A DNA stretch of 64,000 nt, taken from positions 1-64,000 of the forward strand of contig CAWEHK010000043.1 in NCBI GenBank assembly GCA_963808625.1, given 5' to 3'. This DNA is from an uncultured delta proteobacterium. Its GTDB lineage: Bacteria > Desulfobacterota > Syntrophobacteria > Syntrophobacterales > Syntrophobacteraceae. A program made the position numbers and the translations under genes. How positions within the stretch are numbered: position 1 is the stretch's first letter; every line of letters begins with the position of its first letter. Shown piece by piece: positions 44,560 through 55,544 of this stretch. The notes below the pieces were generated by a model. The model had not been told where the DNA came from. It did not search any database and was given only the letters and a program-made list of their open reading frames with translations.

Positions 44560-46900
44560 ATGATCAATCGCGAACTGGAAATCACGCTTGCCGGCGCCAT
44601 CAAGGAAGCAAAAGTGAGGCGCCACGAATACTTTACCCTGGAACACATCTTATTCGCCATCCTCCACGATGTGACGGGACGGCGTATCCTCTATCACTGC
44701 GGCGCTGACCTGGAAAAGCTCAAAGCCCGCCTCGAGAAGTACCTCTCTGAGCGGATCGAGAAACTTCCCGCCGAGGTCGACCAGGACCCGATCCAGACCA
44801 TGGCCGTCCAACGCGCCATCCAGCGGGCCATCATGCACGTTCGCAGCGCTGAAAAGAAAGAGGTGGATGCAGGCGATATTCTCGCAGCCATGTTTTTTGA
44901 AGAAAATTCCTATGCCGTCTACTTCCTCAAGGCTGAAGGCGTCACCCGCCTGGACGTGGTGAGTTACATCTCCCACGGTATCTCCAAAGTGGTTGACCCC
45001 GAGGAGGAAGAATTCGGCGGACGAGCCTCGACGGTTCCTTCCCAGGAAGGCAAACCGGAGCAGAGGAAAGCCAGCAGCCCTGGAAAGCTTCACCGTCAAC
45101 CTGATCCAGAAGGCCGCAGACGGGTTGATCGATCCTCTCATCGGGCGCGAAGACGAGATCTTAAGAACCCTGCAGATCCTTGGGCGGCGGAGCAAGAACA
45201 ACCCGATCTTCGTGGGTGATCCCGGGGTCGGCAAAACCGCCATCGCCGAAGGATTGGCTCTCAAGATTCATCACCGGGAGGTCCCCGAGACGTTCTGCAA
45301 TATCGAGATTTTCGGCCTGGATATGGGAGCGCTCCTTGCCGGGACCAAGTTTCGAGGCGACTTCGAGGCGCGCCTCAAGGGTGTGCTCCAGGAGCTCAAG
45401 AAGAAACCGGGGGCCATCCTCTTCATCGATGAGATTCATACGGTGGTGGGGGCGGGAGCCACGAGCGGGGGCTCCATGGATGCCTCGAACATCCTCAAGC
45501 CGGCCCTGGTCGCCGGTGGGCTTCGCTGCATGGGGTCGACAACCTACGAGGAATACAAGAACCATTTTGAAAAGGATCGAGCCCTCAGCCGCCGCTTCCA
45601 GAAGGTCGAGATTCATGAACCGAGCGTCGACGAAACCTACCAGATTCTTCAAGGCTTGAAGCCATACTACGAGCAGCATCACGAGATCCGCTACGCCGAC
45701 GCCGCGCTCCGGACCGCGGCGGAACTGGCGGCGCGGCACATCAACGACCGCTATCTTCCGGACAAGGCCATCGATGTGATCGACGAAACCGGCGCGAGCC
45801 TGCGTCTGAAAAAGGACCGCCGTGTGCGGCGCGTCGTGGGTCCGAAAGACATTGAACAGGTCGTGGCCCGTATTGCGAGGGTCCCCCCGCGTTCGGTTTC
45901 GGCCTCGGACCAGTTGCGCCTCCAGAGTCTCGACTATGAACTGAGAAGCCAGGTCTTCGGGCAGGACTCGGCCATTCAAGTTCTCGCCAAAGCCATCAAG
46001 CGCTCGCGGGCCGGGTTGCGCATCCCCGAAAAACCCATCGGCTCGTTCCTGCTCATGGGCCCGACCGGGGTTGGCAAGACCGAAGCGGCAAGGCAGTTGG
46101 CCCGGATTCTTGGAGTAAATTTCCTGCGCTTCGATATGAGCGAGTACATGGAAAAGCATACCGTATCCCGCCTCATCGGCGCCCCGCCCGGATACATCGG
46201 CTTCGACCAGGGAGGACTGCTGACCGACGCGATTCGCAAACAGCCCCACACGGTTTTACTCCTGGACGAGATCGAAAAGGCCCATCCCGATCTTTTCAGC
46301 ATCCTCCTGCAGATTATGGATCATGCTACCCTGACGGACAACAACGGCAAGAAGGCCGACTTCCGCAACGTCATTCTGCTCATGACCTCCAACGCCGGGG
46401 CCCGGGAGATGAGCAGCCCCTCCATCGGGTTCGGCCAGAAAGAGGATGACCATCGTGCCGCGAAAGGGATGAAGGCCATCGAGAACCTGTTCAGTCCTGA
46501 ATTCAGGAACCGCCTTGACGGCATCATTACCTTCAACGGGCTCTCCATCGAAATCATGGAACGGATTGTGGACAAATTCATCACCGAGATGGAAGGGCAA
46601 CTGGCGGAAAAACGGGTGCGCCTCGAGCTCAGCCCGGCAGCACGCCTGTGGCTGGCGGAACGGGGCCATGATCCGGCGTTCGGAGCCCGCCCGCTTTCCC
46701 GGCTGATCCAGTCCGAAATCAAGGACGTCCTCGCCGATGAGATCCTCTTCGGACGCCTCCGGCAGGGCGGCATGGTGCGGATTGAGCGGCCGGAGGACGG
46801 CCCCCCGGCGGCGGACCAAACGTTGAAGACCGAGAACCTCTGTTTTCTGATCACGGAAACCTCCCCTTCGCGAGCGTCATTGGTGGTCAGTGAACAGTGA
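44560..46900 (+). CDS. clpA: ATP-dependent Clp protease ATP-binding subunit ClpA (frameshift near 45075)
   Basis: RHEYFTLEH; DPLIGR; GDPGVGKT; LFIDEIH; LPDKAID; GPTGVGKT; RFDMSEYME; LLLDEIEKAH. Confidence 0.95.
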
Positions 46901-46910
46901 TCACAAAACG

Positions 46911-47618
46911 ATGCCCGTTTTTCGCCTGACCCACAAACTCATCTTCCCCCCGGCTCACCACGCCGACCCTGACGGCCTGCTGGCCGTCGGCGGCGATCTC
47001 TCCCCCGAACGGCTGCTGCTCGCCTACCAGCAAGGGATCTTCCCCTGGTACTCGGCGAACATGCCTATTCTCTGGTGGTCCCCCGACCCGCGCCTCGTTC
47101 TTTTCCCCGATGAATTGAAGGTCTCAAAAAGCCTGCACCGCGCGCTGAAAAAGGGCGTCTTCAAAGTGACCGCGGATCGGGCCTTTCTGGAAGTGATCCG
47201 GCATTGTGCGGCGGTGAAGCGGGAGTATGGGGAGGGCACCTGGATTGTGCCGGAAATGGTCGAAGCCTATCACTCGCTGCATCGGCTCGGCTATGCCCAT
47301 TCCGTAGAAAGCTGGCAGGAAGGGGAACTGGTCGGAGGTCTCTACGGGGTGGCCATGGGGCATGTTTTTTTCGGAGAATCCATGTTCACCGAAAAGACCG
47401 ATGCGTCCAAAGTCGCGCTGGTCCACCTCGTGAGATTGCTCCGGCAATGGCATTTCGAACTGATCGACTGCCAGGTCACCACAGCCCATCTCAAAAGCTT
47501 CGGTGCGCGCGAGATTTCTCGCCAGGATTTCTTCGAGCGCCTCGCCGCAGCCACTGCAGAACCTGACCGTCGCGGTTCCTGGTCCGGTTTTTTCGAAGAC
47601 CCCCCCGATGAGGCATAG
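46911..47618 (+). CDS. aat: Leucyl/phenylalanyl-tRNA--protein transferase
   Basis: GLLAVGGDLSPERLL.AY..GIFPWY, WWSPDPR, AHSVE.W, FFGESMF, DASK, IDCQ. Confidence 0.95.
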   Translation: MPVFRLTHKLIFPPAHHADPDGLLAVGGDLSPERLLLAYQQGIFPWYSANMPILWWSPDPRLVLFPDELKVSKSLHRALKKGVFKVTADRAFLEVIRHCAAVKREYGEGTWIVPEMVEAYHSLHRLGYAHSVESWQEGELVGGLYGVAMGHVFFGESMFTEKTDASKVALVHLVRLLRQWHFELIDCQVTTAHLKSFGAREISRQDFFERLAAATAEPDRRGSWSGFFEDPPDEA

Positions 47619-48015
47619 ATTCCTGCTTGTCCCGAGGCAGCAAGTCCTTTAAGCTTGCTCGACCCTGATAAGCATCTCACCGCAGAGACGCAGAGGTCGC
47701 AGAGAAAACCATATCATGGAGCAAAATCTTGACAGAATTGCCGGAAATCAGAGGTTAACAGTGGAACTCCGCCAGCATACAAAACCCCTGCGGCGCGGGC
47801 ATTCCTGCCCGCGTACCCTGTGTTCCCCGCAATAACAAAAATAAGCCCTGGAGCATGCGGGTGTTACCCATCACCCATCACCCAGCACTCAGCACCCATC
47901 ACTCATCACCCATCACCCAGCACCCAGCACTCATCACCCAGCACTCATTACTCAGCACCCAGCACCCAGCACTCAGCACTTTTTTTATGCCCCATGATCC
48001 AACTGGAGAGAACCG

Positions 48016-49077
48016 ATGAAAACTGAAATGCCCACGATTGGAAAAATATCCGCCGAGATTTTTGATGAGATCATTCTGCCGCAACTCGGCAAAAGCCGCC
48101 CGGAGATCCTTGCCGGGCCGCAGCACGGGGTGGATGTCGGGGTGATCGACATCGGCCACGGCCAGGTTATGGTGACGACCACCGATCCCATCTTTGTGGT
48201 CCCTCCCTACGGCTGGGAACGCTCGGGGTGGTTCGCCGTGCACATCCTGGCCTCGGATGCGGTCACTTCGGGCCTCCCGCCCAAATACATCACCATGGAC
48301 CTCAACCTGCCGCTTGCCATCACCCGGGAACAATTCGAAGTCCTCTGGGGGGTCATGCACCGGGAATGCGAACGCCTCGGGATGGCGATCATTTCGGGTC
48401 ACACGGGCCGCTACGAGGGCTGCGATTACCCGATGATCGGCGGCGCCACCGTTATTTGCGTGGGTCCCAGGGACCAGTATGTGACCCCCGCCATGGCCCA
48501 GGTCAATGACGCCATTGTCATTACCAAGGGCGCCGCCATCGAGGCGTCGGGATTGTTCGCCGTAACCTTCCCCGGAAAAGTCGCCGAACGCTATGGCGAG
48601 CAGTTCGCCGCCGAAGCGGAACAGATTTTCTGGCAGATGTCCGTCGTCGAGGATGCCCTGACAGCCGTTACCGTGGGCGTTCGCGAGAACGGCATTACGG
48701 CCATGCACGATGCTACGGAATGCGGGATCTGGGGAGGCCTGTTCGAGATCGCGCAGGCTTCCGAAGTGGGCATGGTGGTTGATAAGGATAAAATCATTGT
48801 GCAGGAACCGGTGCGGAAAGTCTGCGACCTCTTTGGCATCGACCCGTATATCTCGATCAGTGAAGGCACCCTGATCACCACCTGCCGGCCCCACAAGGCC
48901 GGGGAACTCATCACGCGGCTCCAGGACAAGGGCATTCCCGCCAGCATCGTCGGGGAGATAACGGAAGCCGGTCAGGGCCTTCACTACTTCGAGGGCGGCC
49001 GCAAGCACGAGCTCATCCACCCCCGCGTCGATCCGTTCTGGGCGGCCTTCGGCAAGGCGGCATCGGAGAGCGCTTGA
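48016..49077 (+). CDS. AIR synthase-related (PurM/HypE-like) protein
   Basis: GP.HGVDVG, TTDP, ASD, SGHTG, AMHDATECG, SEGTL. Confidence 0.85.
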   Translation: MKTEMPTIGKISAEIFDEIILPQLGKSRPEILAGPQHGVDVGVIDIGHGQVMVTTTDPIFVVPPYGWERSGWFAVHILASDAVTSGLPPKYITMDLNLPLAITREQFEVLWGVMHRECERLGMAIISGHTGRYEGCDYPMIGGATVICVGPRDQYVTPAMAQVNDAIVITKGAAIEASGLFAVTFPGKVAERYGEQFAAEAEQIFWQMSVVEDALTAVTVGVRENGITAMHDATECGIWGGLFEIAQASEVGMVVDKDKIIVQEPVRKVCDLFGIDPYISISEGTLITTCRPHKAGELITRLQDKGIPASIVGEITEAGQGLHYFEGGRKHELIHPRVDPFWAAFGKAASESA

Positions 49078-49306
49078 TTGGTTCTATAATTGTTTAGGCT
49101 GAGAACCTTCGTTTTGGCAACTCAGGAATTCACCGCAGAGTACGCTGAGATCGCAGAGAAATCCTAATGATTTCAGAGCGAAATCTCTCTGCGCACGCTG
49201 CGCTCTCCGCAGTGAAGAAAGAACCGGTTCATCCTTAACCAGTATAACTCATGGCGCGAGGTGATTCGGATTCATCGCATCCGAGATGATTTTTCTCGAC
49301 ACACTC

Positions 49307-49449
49307 TAATACTGCAACGAGGTTTGCGCAGGGGGCCTTAATCTGCGGGGCAGGCTTTCCAGCCTGCCTTTTGGCCGCTTCGGCATGGCAGGCTGGAAAG
49401 CCTGCCCCACGCGGATTGGAGTTTCACACAAAGTACCGTTGTAGTACTA
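49307..49449. mobile_element. MITE-like element, second copy
   Basis: TAATACTGCAACG...CGTTGTAGTACTA ends; terminal CTA (49447-49449) is the TAG stop of the adjacent minus-strand gene. Confidence 0.7.
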
Positions 49450-49893
49450 AGGTTTCTTCAGTTGGTTGATATCGATGGGGAGTGCCGCCGTCCGGCCTTC
49501 CTGAAGGTCAAAAAAAGCCCTGAGTTCGGCCTCAGTCAGCACCTTGGCATACTCGTCCACGAGGTATCCTGCCAAACCCTGGGCATCCCGGGCCAGCCCC
49601 TTTGCGAAAAACCTTCGCAGGGGGTACTTGAGGGCAAGCCAGAGCCGCCTCTTTTCCACCTTCTGCTGGATGGCCCAGAGGGCCTCGCGACGCGCCTGCG
49701 GGAAGTCACACCCCAGGCGGTGGTCGATGGCAAGGTCCAGCTCCAACCGGCGCACCTGCCTCTCCTGGTCCTGGGTGGGCAGGGGAGGCAAGTCGCGGTG
49801 AAGCTCGATTATCCTTCTGTCGTATTCTTCGTCGCTAAGACGAGGGCCGTACTTAAATTCTTCCTGCATCGTCCGGACCCGTTCCTTCGCCAT
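49447..49893 (-). CDS. Hypothetical protein
   Basis: 148-aa ORF starting 26 bp downstream of 49920-50804, same strand. Confidence 0.6.
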   Translation of the reverse strand: MAKERVRTMQEEFKYGPRLSDEEYDRRIIELHRDLPPLPTQDQERQVRRLELDLAIDHRLGCDFPQARREALWAIQQKVEKRRLWLALKYPLRRFFAKGLARDAQGLAGYLVDEYAKVLTEAELRAFFDLQEGRTAALPIDINQLKKP

Positions 49894-49919
49894 GTTGTTT
49901 CACGAGGCGGCAGACCAGT

Positions 49920-50804
49920 TTATTTTTCGCCGTATGCTTGCGCGACGATACTTGGGTCAGCCAGGACCACTCTTTCGCTGCGTTTCAGTCCAAAGAGCAA
50001 TTTGTACTGAGCCGCTTTGAGAGCGCCGGCTGCGGCGTCCTGGAAGAGAACCGTCTCCCGGTTGAAGGCTTCCACGAATTCGCCGACCTTCATTTCTCCG
50101 CTGTTGAACAAATCCTCGACTTTCATCCGCGACCACTCCGCCGACAAGCGTACATCCCGCAGTTTGGCAGACACGGACTTATCAAGTTGGGCACCCAGGC
50201 TGTATTCTACCTGGTACATGAACAGCCTGAGATGGAAGTTCGCCAGGTCAGGCCCGGCCAATCCCCTGGCAGACCGGAGTACGCGATCATCCTTCTTGTA
50301 GATGGCCAGTACGCCCTTAATGTATTTTTGCTCACTCTCACTCTCCTCTGCCAACCGAGCGAGGGCCTTTGGGCTGGCCTTCTTGACTGCCGGCTGTGCT
50401 TCAACGCATTCCGGAAGGTCGCCGGTCACCTCAGGGTGCTGATGGAAAGGCGACAGGCATGTGCCGAGCGGACCCCTCGGCCGGCCGTAGGTGCCGTACA
50501 TGGCTTCTGAGACACCATATCCGCGAGCGCCTCGAACCGTAATGGTCGCCGGAAAAAGAATGCGGTTGGCAGCCTGGTGGCATACGCCGTTTATGAGATA
50601 GCACTTGATGCCGGCGCGTTCGTCCGGTCCGGCGATGGCATCAGCCCGCTTGGTGCTGCCGGTGCCCCGGCGCAGTTCGGTGCCACCCGTCTTGCCCCCC
50701 CAGCACCCCCAGGCCTTACCGCCCGTCCCGCACATGACGTACGTATGGTCGGCAAGGTCCGCAAACAAATCTGTCGGATACGTCATTACCACAAGTGTTC
50801 CCAT
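49920..50804 (-). CDS. Hypothetical protein with putative His/Cys papain-like N-terminal domain
   Basis: DHTYV...WGCWG...YLINGVCHQAANRIL; helical C-terminal half. Confidence 0.65.
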   Translation of the reverse strand: MGTLVVMTYPTDLFADLADHTYVMCGTGGKAWGCWGGKTGGTELRRGTGSTKRADAIAGPDERAGIKCYLINGVCHQAANRILFPATITVRGARGYGVSEAMYGTYGRPRGPLGTCLSPFHQHPEVTGDLPECVEAQPAVKKASPKALARLAEESESEQKYIKGVLAIYKKDDRVLRSARGLAGPDLANFHLRLFMYQVEYSLGAQLDKSVSAKLRDVRLSAEWSRMKVEDLFNSGEMKVGEFVEAFNRETVLFQDAAAGALKAAQYKLLFGLKRSERVVLADPSIVAQAYGEK

Positions 50805-51111
50805 CGATTCATTTCTCCTTTCTTCGACCAGGATTCGTCTTTTCCAGCCCACAGGAAAAAAGTCGACCGCGCCCATTTCGGTGGTAAAGCTGGTTTTCTC
50901 AACAGAACTTCGATAGAGTAGATGCTCCGCATGGGAAATGCGATGACGCCGAAGGAGTCAACTTCAATTTCGCTGGGCCGTGCCCGAGAAAAACCGAGAG
51001 TGAAAAAAACAGACGAGTACTTGTCAGTTGAGAACACCCCCAATAGAGACCGAAATGAAGGCAATGTCAACTCATATCAGTCGAAGAGAGTCTTCTTGAA
51101 AGGAACGATAG

Positions 51112-52581
51112 ATGAAGAAATCCATTTCCATTCTCATCCTCCTGGTGCTGCTGGTTTTGGGGCTATGGGGAGGCACCACTTACTGGTTTGGGGTAAAGAC
51201 CGAGGAACGCTACCGTGAACTGCTCGAGGAAGGCTCCCAGGGGCAATATGTAAAACTGCGGAACGAAAGCTACAACCGCGGATTTATGGAATCGCAGGCA
51301 CGAACCATCGTCGACTTTCGCCCGCCGTCTGATGTGGCGGCGGCAAACCCGCCGATACGGCTCATTCTGGCGCACGACATCAGTCATGGCCCCTTCCCTC
51401 TCCGCAAATCACCGGACGGAAGATGGCACATCAAACCCGTGATGGCAATTTGGCAGACGACGATCATGCTCAGCCCGGAGACTCGGGATCGCCTCGCGGG
51501 GTTCTTCGCCCAAATCCCCGAAATGCCGCCAGTGCAAGACCATACCGTTATTGATCTCGACGGGAGCGGCGAGGAGCATCTGGTCATCCCTGCTTTTCAG
51601 CATGTCCTCGGCGGCGAAGACAAGGCAGCGGTGGATTGGAAGGGACTGTCCCTGCAAGGCCGTTTCAGTGCCGACCTGAAAGCGCTCTCCGGTGCTCTGA
51701 GCGCCCCGGGTCTGGAAGTCGTCGCGAAGGACCTCGCCCTGAGGATCAGCGATTTGAAATCAGCCTTTCGTTCTCAGGAGGGGATTAGTGGCTTGTCGCT
51801 GGGGGACGTTTCCTTCGATCTTGCCGCCCTCGAATTCGCCGGAAAGGACCAGGCGAACGAACCTCAGGCCCTGCTGATTCGAAGCCTGGCCTTGAATACT
51901 TCCAGCAAAGCATCCGGAGATAACATCGATAGTCGGCTTACGGTCAGAGCCGATCGCGTGGACGTCGGCGAGACGTCTTACGGCCCGGGAGTCCTTGCAA
52001 TGGAACTGCGGAACCTCGATGCCTCTTCGGTCGTGAGACTCCAGGAGGCGGCCCGCGAGTCCCAGTCGCAACCTCCGGAGCAGACGGCAGAAGCGACGCA
52101 GTTGCTGATGCTTGCCCGGATGGGGGAAATCCTGCCGGCGTTGCTCAAGAAGTCCCCTGAGCTCGAAATCACCCAGCTTGACGTAAAAACCACCGATGGC
52201 GACTTCTCCGGCCAAGCCCGGATCGCCTTTGACGGGAAGAAGGGGGGACCCACGCTCAACCTGGTAACGCTCTTCAACGCCCTCGAGGCACAAGCCGAAT
52301 TCAAGGTTGGGGATCGCCTCCTGCGCCGTGTCGCTTCAGGCATCCTGAAAGAGAGGACCATTGCGGAGAGCAGAGAGCAGCAGCGAGCGGTTCCCGGTAC
52401 CAAAGAGCTCGATGCCATCGCCGCCGCCGCCGTCGATGAACAGCTGAAAACCCTGATGGCGCAAAACATTCTCGTCAGGGAAAATGGAAACTACCGGGCC
52501 GCTGCCGGCTACAAGGCCGGGCAGATTGTCTTGAACGGCCGTCCTCTATCACTTGGAGATCTCCTACAAGGAACCCCTTAG
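51112..52581 (+). CDS. YdgA/DUF945 family protein
   Basis: N-terminal anchor with W.G.TYWFG, YNRGF..S.A, H.I.HGPFP, C-terminal Y..G.I.LNG. Confidence 0.8.
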   Translation: MKKSISILILLVLLVLGLWGGTTYWFGVKTEERYRELLEEGSQGQYVKLRNESYNRGFMESQARTIVDFRPPSDVAAANPPIRLILAHDISHGPFPLRKSPDGRWHIKPVMAIWQTTIMLSPETRDRLAGFFAQIPEMPPVQDHTVIDLDGSGEEHLVIPAFQHVLGGEDKAAVDWKGLSLQGRFSADLKALSGALSAPGLEVVAKDLALRISDLKSAFRSQEGISGLSLGDVSFDLAALEFAGKDQANEPQALLIRSLALNTSSKASGDNIDSRLTVRADRVDVGETSYGPGVLAMELRNLDASSVVRLQEAARESQSQPPEQTAEATQLLMLARMGEILPALLKKSPELEITQLDVKTTDGDFSGQARIAFDGKKGGPTLNLVTLFNALEAQAEFKVGDRLLRRVASGILKERTIAESREQQRAVPGTKELDAIAAAAVDEQLKTLMAQNILVRENGNYRAAAGYKAGQIVLNGRPLSLGDLLQGTP

Positions 52582-52745
52582 TGCAGTGTTGCATCAATAA
52601 GTGTCCGAAGTCATTTCGTCATACCGGCGAAAGCCGGTATCCAGGCAATTTTTCTGGATTCCGGTTTTCACCGGAATGACGCGCCAGGTATATCGTCACT
52701 TTATTGTGCGAGCCTGTGCTCAGCAACCTAGCGGAGCCGAACCGG

Positions 52746-54002
52746 ATGAGCACCCCTTCAAAGATTGCCGTCGCCGCGAGCAACGCTTTTATCGATACCT
52801 GTGAATTCCCGCCCACCGGCTCCGGCCCGCTGGACGGGTTGCGGTTTGCCGTGAAGGACCTGATCGAGGTGGCGGGCGTGAAGACCGGCTGCGGCAACCC
52901 GAGCTGGCGCGACTCGCATCCCCCGGCCGTCGCCCATGCCGTCTGTGTCGAGCAGCTCCTGCGTGCGGGCGCCCGCGGCGTCGGCAAGACCATTTTGGAT
53001 GAATTGGCCTTCAGCCTCATCGGCGAAAATCACTTTTACGGAACACCGCTCAATCCTGCCGCTCCGGACCGCGTTCCCGGAGGCTCGTCGAGCGGGTCGG
53101 CGTCGGCGGTAGCGTGCGGCCTGGTCGATTTTGCCCTGGGCACGGATACGGGTGGCTCCGTGCGCGTACCGGCGAGCAATTGCGGCATCTATGGCTTTCG
53201 ACCGTCACATGGCTTCATTTCGGTGGCCGGCGTCAATCCCTTGGCCCCCACCTTCGACACCGTCGGCGTTCTTGCGCGGGACGCGGCCGTGCTGGCACGA
53301 GTCGCCGCGGTCTTGCTCGCCTGGGAGCCTGCGCCTGCGGCCGCGGAACCACCCGCCACCGTTCATCTGCTGCGCGACGCCTTCGACCTTGCCGACCCGG
53401 AGGTTCAAGAGGCGCTGGCCGAGCCGGTGCAGTGGCTCAAGGCCCAATTCGGCGAGCGCTTCCGCGAAATCTCCCTCCGCGATATCGACGGCGATGAGAC
53501 CGGTGCGGGCCTCGCGGCATGGTGTGACACGTACTGTGTGCTGCAATGGGCCGAGATCAGAAGCTCCCTCGGGGCCTGGATCGCCGACGCCAAGCCGATT
53601 CTTGGCCCGACCATCGCCGCGAGTTTTGAGCTGACCGCTCAGCTCGACCGCCGCCGCCTTGCCGAAGCCGTGGCGCAACGCGAACGCACCTATCGATGCC
53701 TGCAAAGGTTTTTCGGACCCCACGACCTCATCTGCATGCCGACCGCACCGACCCCGGCCCCGCTCAAGGGCCAGCCCCTCGTGCGCACCCCGAGCGGCAG
53801 CGGATACTATCCCCATACCCTGGCCCTGACCAGTGTCGCCGGCATCGGGCGCCTGCCGCAGGTATCGTTGCCGCTGGCCACGGCCTCCGGCCTGCCCATT
53901 GGCCTGTCTTTGCTGGCCGGGCGTGGGCAGGACGCCCTTCTGCTCCAAGTGGTGAAAGGCCTGGGTTCGGCAGGCTGGCATTACGCCCATGCCGTGCTTT
54001 AA
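52746..54002 (+). CDS. Amidase (amidase signature family)
   Basis: GPLDGLRFAVKDL, PGGSSSGSA, GTDTGGSVRVPAS. Confidence 0.92.
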   Translation: MSTPSKIAVAASNAFIDTCEFPPTGSGPLDGLRFAVKDLIEVAGVKTGCGNPSWRDSHPPAVAHAVCVEQLLRAGARGVGKTILDELAFSLIGENHFYGTPLNPAAPDRVPGGSSSGSASAVACGLVDFALGTDTGGSVRVPASNCGIYGFRPSHGFISVAGVNPLAPTFDTVGVLARDAAVLARVAAVLLAWEPAPAAAEPPATVHLLRDAFDLADPEVQEALAEPVQWLKAQFGERFREISLRDIDGDETGAGLAAWCDTYCVLQWAEIRSSLGAWIADAKPILGPTIAASFELTAQLDRRRLAEAVAQRERTYRCLQRFFGPHDLICMPTAPTPAPLKGQPLVRTPSGSGYYPHTLALTSVAGIGRLPQVSLPLATASGLPIGLSLLAGRGQDALLLQVVKGLGSAGWHYAHAVL

Positions 54003-54040
54003 TATTTCAGCCGTCAGTCAAACGATACGAAGGAGGTCCC

Positions 54041-54532
54041 GTGAAAAAATCAAACACACAACACTTTGGAGACCTGGATCCCAGATATCATTATTCTTTG
54101 AACCCATATCCTGATTTGCGGTTTTCCGGCAAGTGCCCAACATGCGGAGGAAAGACAGGGCAAAAAACGCTGCCTTTACTTATCCACGTTGATCCTCAAA
54201 ACCTGATCACCCTGAATTACACAAACCGATATTGTCGCCGTTGTGACACGCTCATCGGCCACAAAGACGAAATCGAGCATTTGTTGTTTGCGGTGTTTTC
54301 CCAGTCTCGCCCTGATGTTGTTGGTAACCCGTATGTCATGATTGGCACGGTGGAGACTAAAGCGTGCCGCAAAGCTTTGACCCAACCCCAGCCGGTCACT
54401 GAAATTCGGAAGTATGCCCACGATTTTGAGACCTTTGAGGAGCTGCGCATGACCATGGCGGGTTGGTTCCACAAAGACCAGGAGCCTCCGGTGTGGCAGC
54501 CGCCGCCATCCGCAGAGTGGGTCAAACGTTGA
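54041..54532 (+). CDS. Hypothetical protein with two CxxC motifs
   Basis: RBS AAGGAGG, GTG start; CPTC and CRRC. Confidence 0.7.
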   Translation: MKKSNTQHFGDLDPRYHYSLNPYPDLRFSGKCPTCGGKTGQKTLPLLIHVDPQNLITLNYTNRYCRRCDTLIGHKDEIEHLLFAVFSQSRPDVVGNPYVMIGTVETKACRKALTQPQPVTEIRKYAHDFETFEELRMTMAGWFHKDQEPPVWQPPPSAEWVKR

Positions 54533-54633
54533 CCAAGAGATTATCCGTGGAAAGCCAGGAGGATTCTAGTTTACAGAGCATCCGAGGGCAGACAATCGCT
54601 GAATGTGCCAGGACACAAAGGGAAGGAGGCGGT

Positions 54634-55365
54634 ATGGGGGAGCAGTCGAACGAGGAAAAAATAGGCTTGCTTAAGGAAAAACTGGCAGGATGTGAACGGG
54701 TCGCGGTTTTGACGGGGGCGGGAATCTCGGCGGAGTCGGGGGTCCCCACCTTCAGGGGTCAGGACGGGCTTTGGCGGCAGTATCGGGCCACCGATCTCGC
54801 CACCCCCGAAGCCTTTGCCGAGGATTCGAGGCTGGTTTGGGAATTCTACAACTGGCGCCGGCAGGTCCTCGCTCCCCTCCACCCCAATCCCGGCCACCTG
54901 GCCCTTGCCGCCATGGAGAGCCGCTTTCCCCGGTTCACCTTGATTACGCAAAATATCGACGGCCTCCACCAGACCGCCGGCAGCCGCAAAGTGATCGAGC
55001 TGCACGGCAACATCTGGTGGGTGCGCTGCACCGGTTGCGGGAACCTGACCGAAGATCGCCGGGTGCCCCTGCCCGAGCTCCCGGCCTGCGAGGCCTGCGG
55101 CGCCCTCCTTCGCCCGCACGTGGTGTGGTTTGGCGAGATGCTCGACCCGAAAATCCTCGACCAGGCTTACCGGGCCCTGGAAACCTGCCAGGTGATGATG
55201 GTGATCGGCACCTCGGGAGTGGTCCAGCCGGCCGCCTCGATGGGCGCGGCCGCCAGGCGTCGCGGCGCCTTTGTAGCCGAGATCAATCTGGAACCGACTC
55301 CCTACACCGACATCTACGATCTCAGCATCCTCGGCAAGAGCGGCGAAGTGCTGCCTCTGCTTTAA
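54634..55365 (+). CDS. cobB: NAD-dependent protein deacylase (sirtuin)
   Basis: TGAGISAESGVPTFRG, TQNIDGLH, ELHG, CTGC/CEAC, RPHVVWFGE, IGTSG.VQPAA. Confidence 0.93.
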   Translation: MGEQSNEEKIGLLKEKLAGCERVAVLTGAGISAESGVPTFRGQDGLWRQYRATDLATPEAFAEDSRLVWEFYNWRRQVLAPLHPNPGHLALAAMESRFPRFTLITQNIDGLHQTAGSRKVIELHGNIWWVRCTGCGNLTEDRRVPLPELPACEACGALLRPHVVWFGEMLDPKILDQAYRALETCQVMMVIGTSGVVQPAASMGAAARRRGAFVAEINLEPTPYTDIYDLSILGKSGEVLPLL

Positions 55366-55544
55366 GGGCTTGCCCAATGGTAACTTGCTCTCATTTCGCC
55401 CCCTTTTCAAATTTTCAAACCACGAAGGACACGAAGGACACGAAGAAATCCTCTTCTGTCCTCGGTCATCCTCGTACTCTTCATGGTAAGAGAAGGTGTC
55501 TTGGACACATGGAGACCCGATGAAGTTCCTTCGCTCGTTCGTTC

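Noticed and set aside
9..46900. Frameshifts in the molybdoenzyme, amrS, hdrA x2, mvhD, flxB, aroC, clpA and others as pseudogenes or programmed frameshifts
   Set aside because: Single-base indels are scattered through otherwise intact conserved genes including aroC and clpA; most simply explained as long-read assembly error
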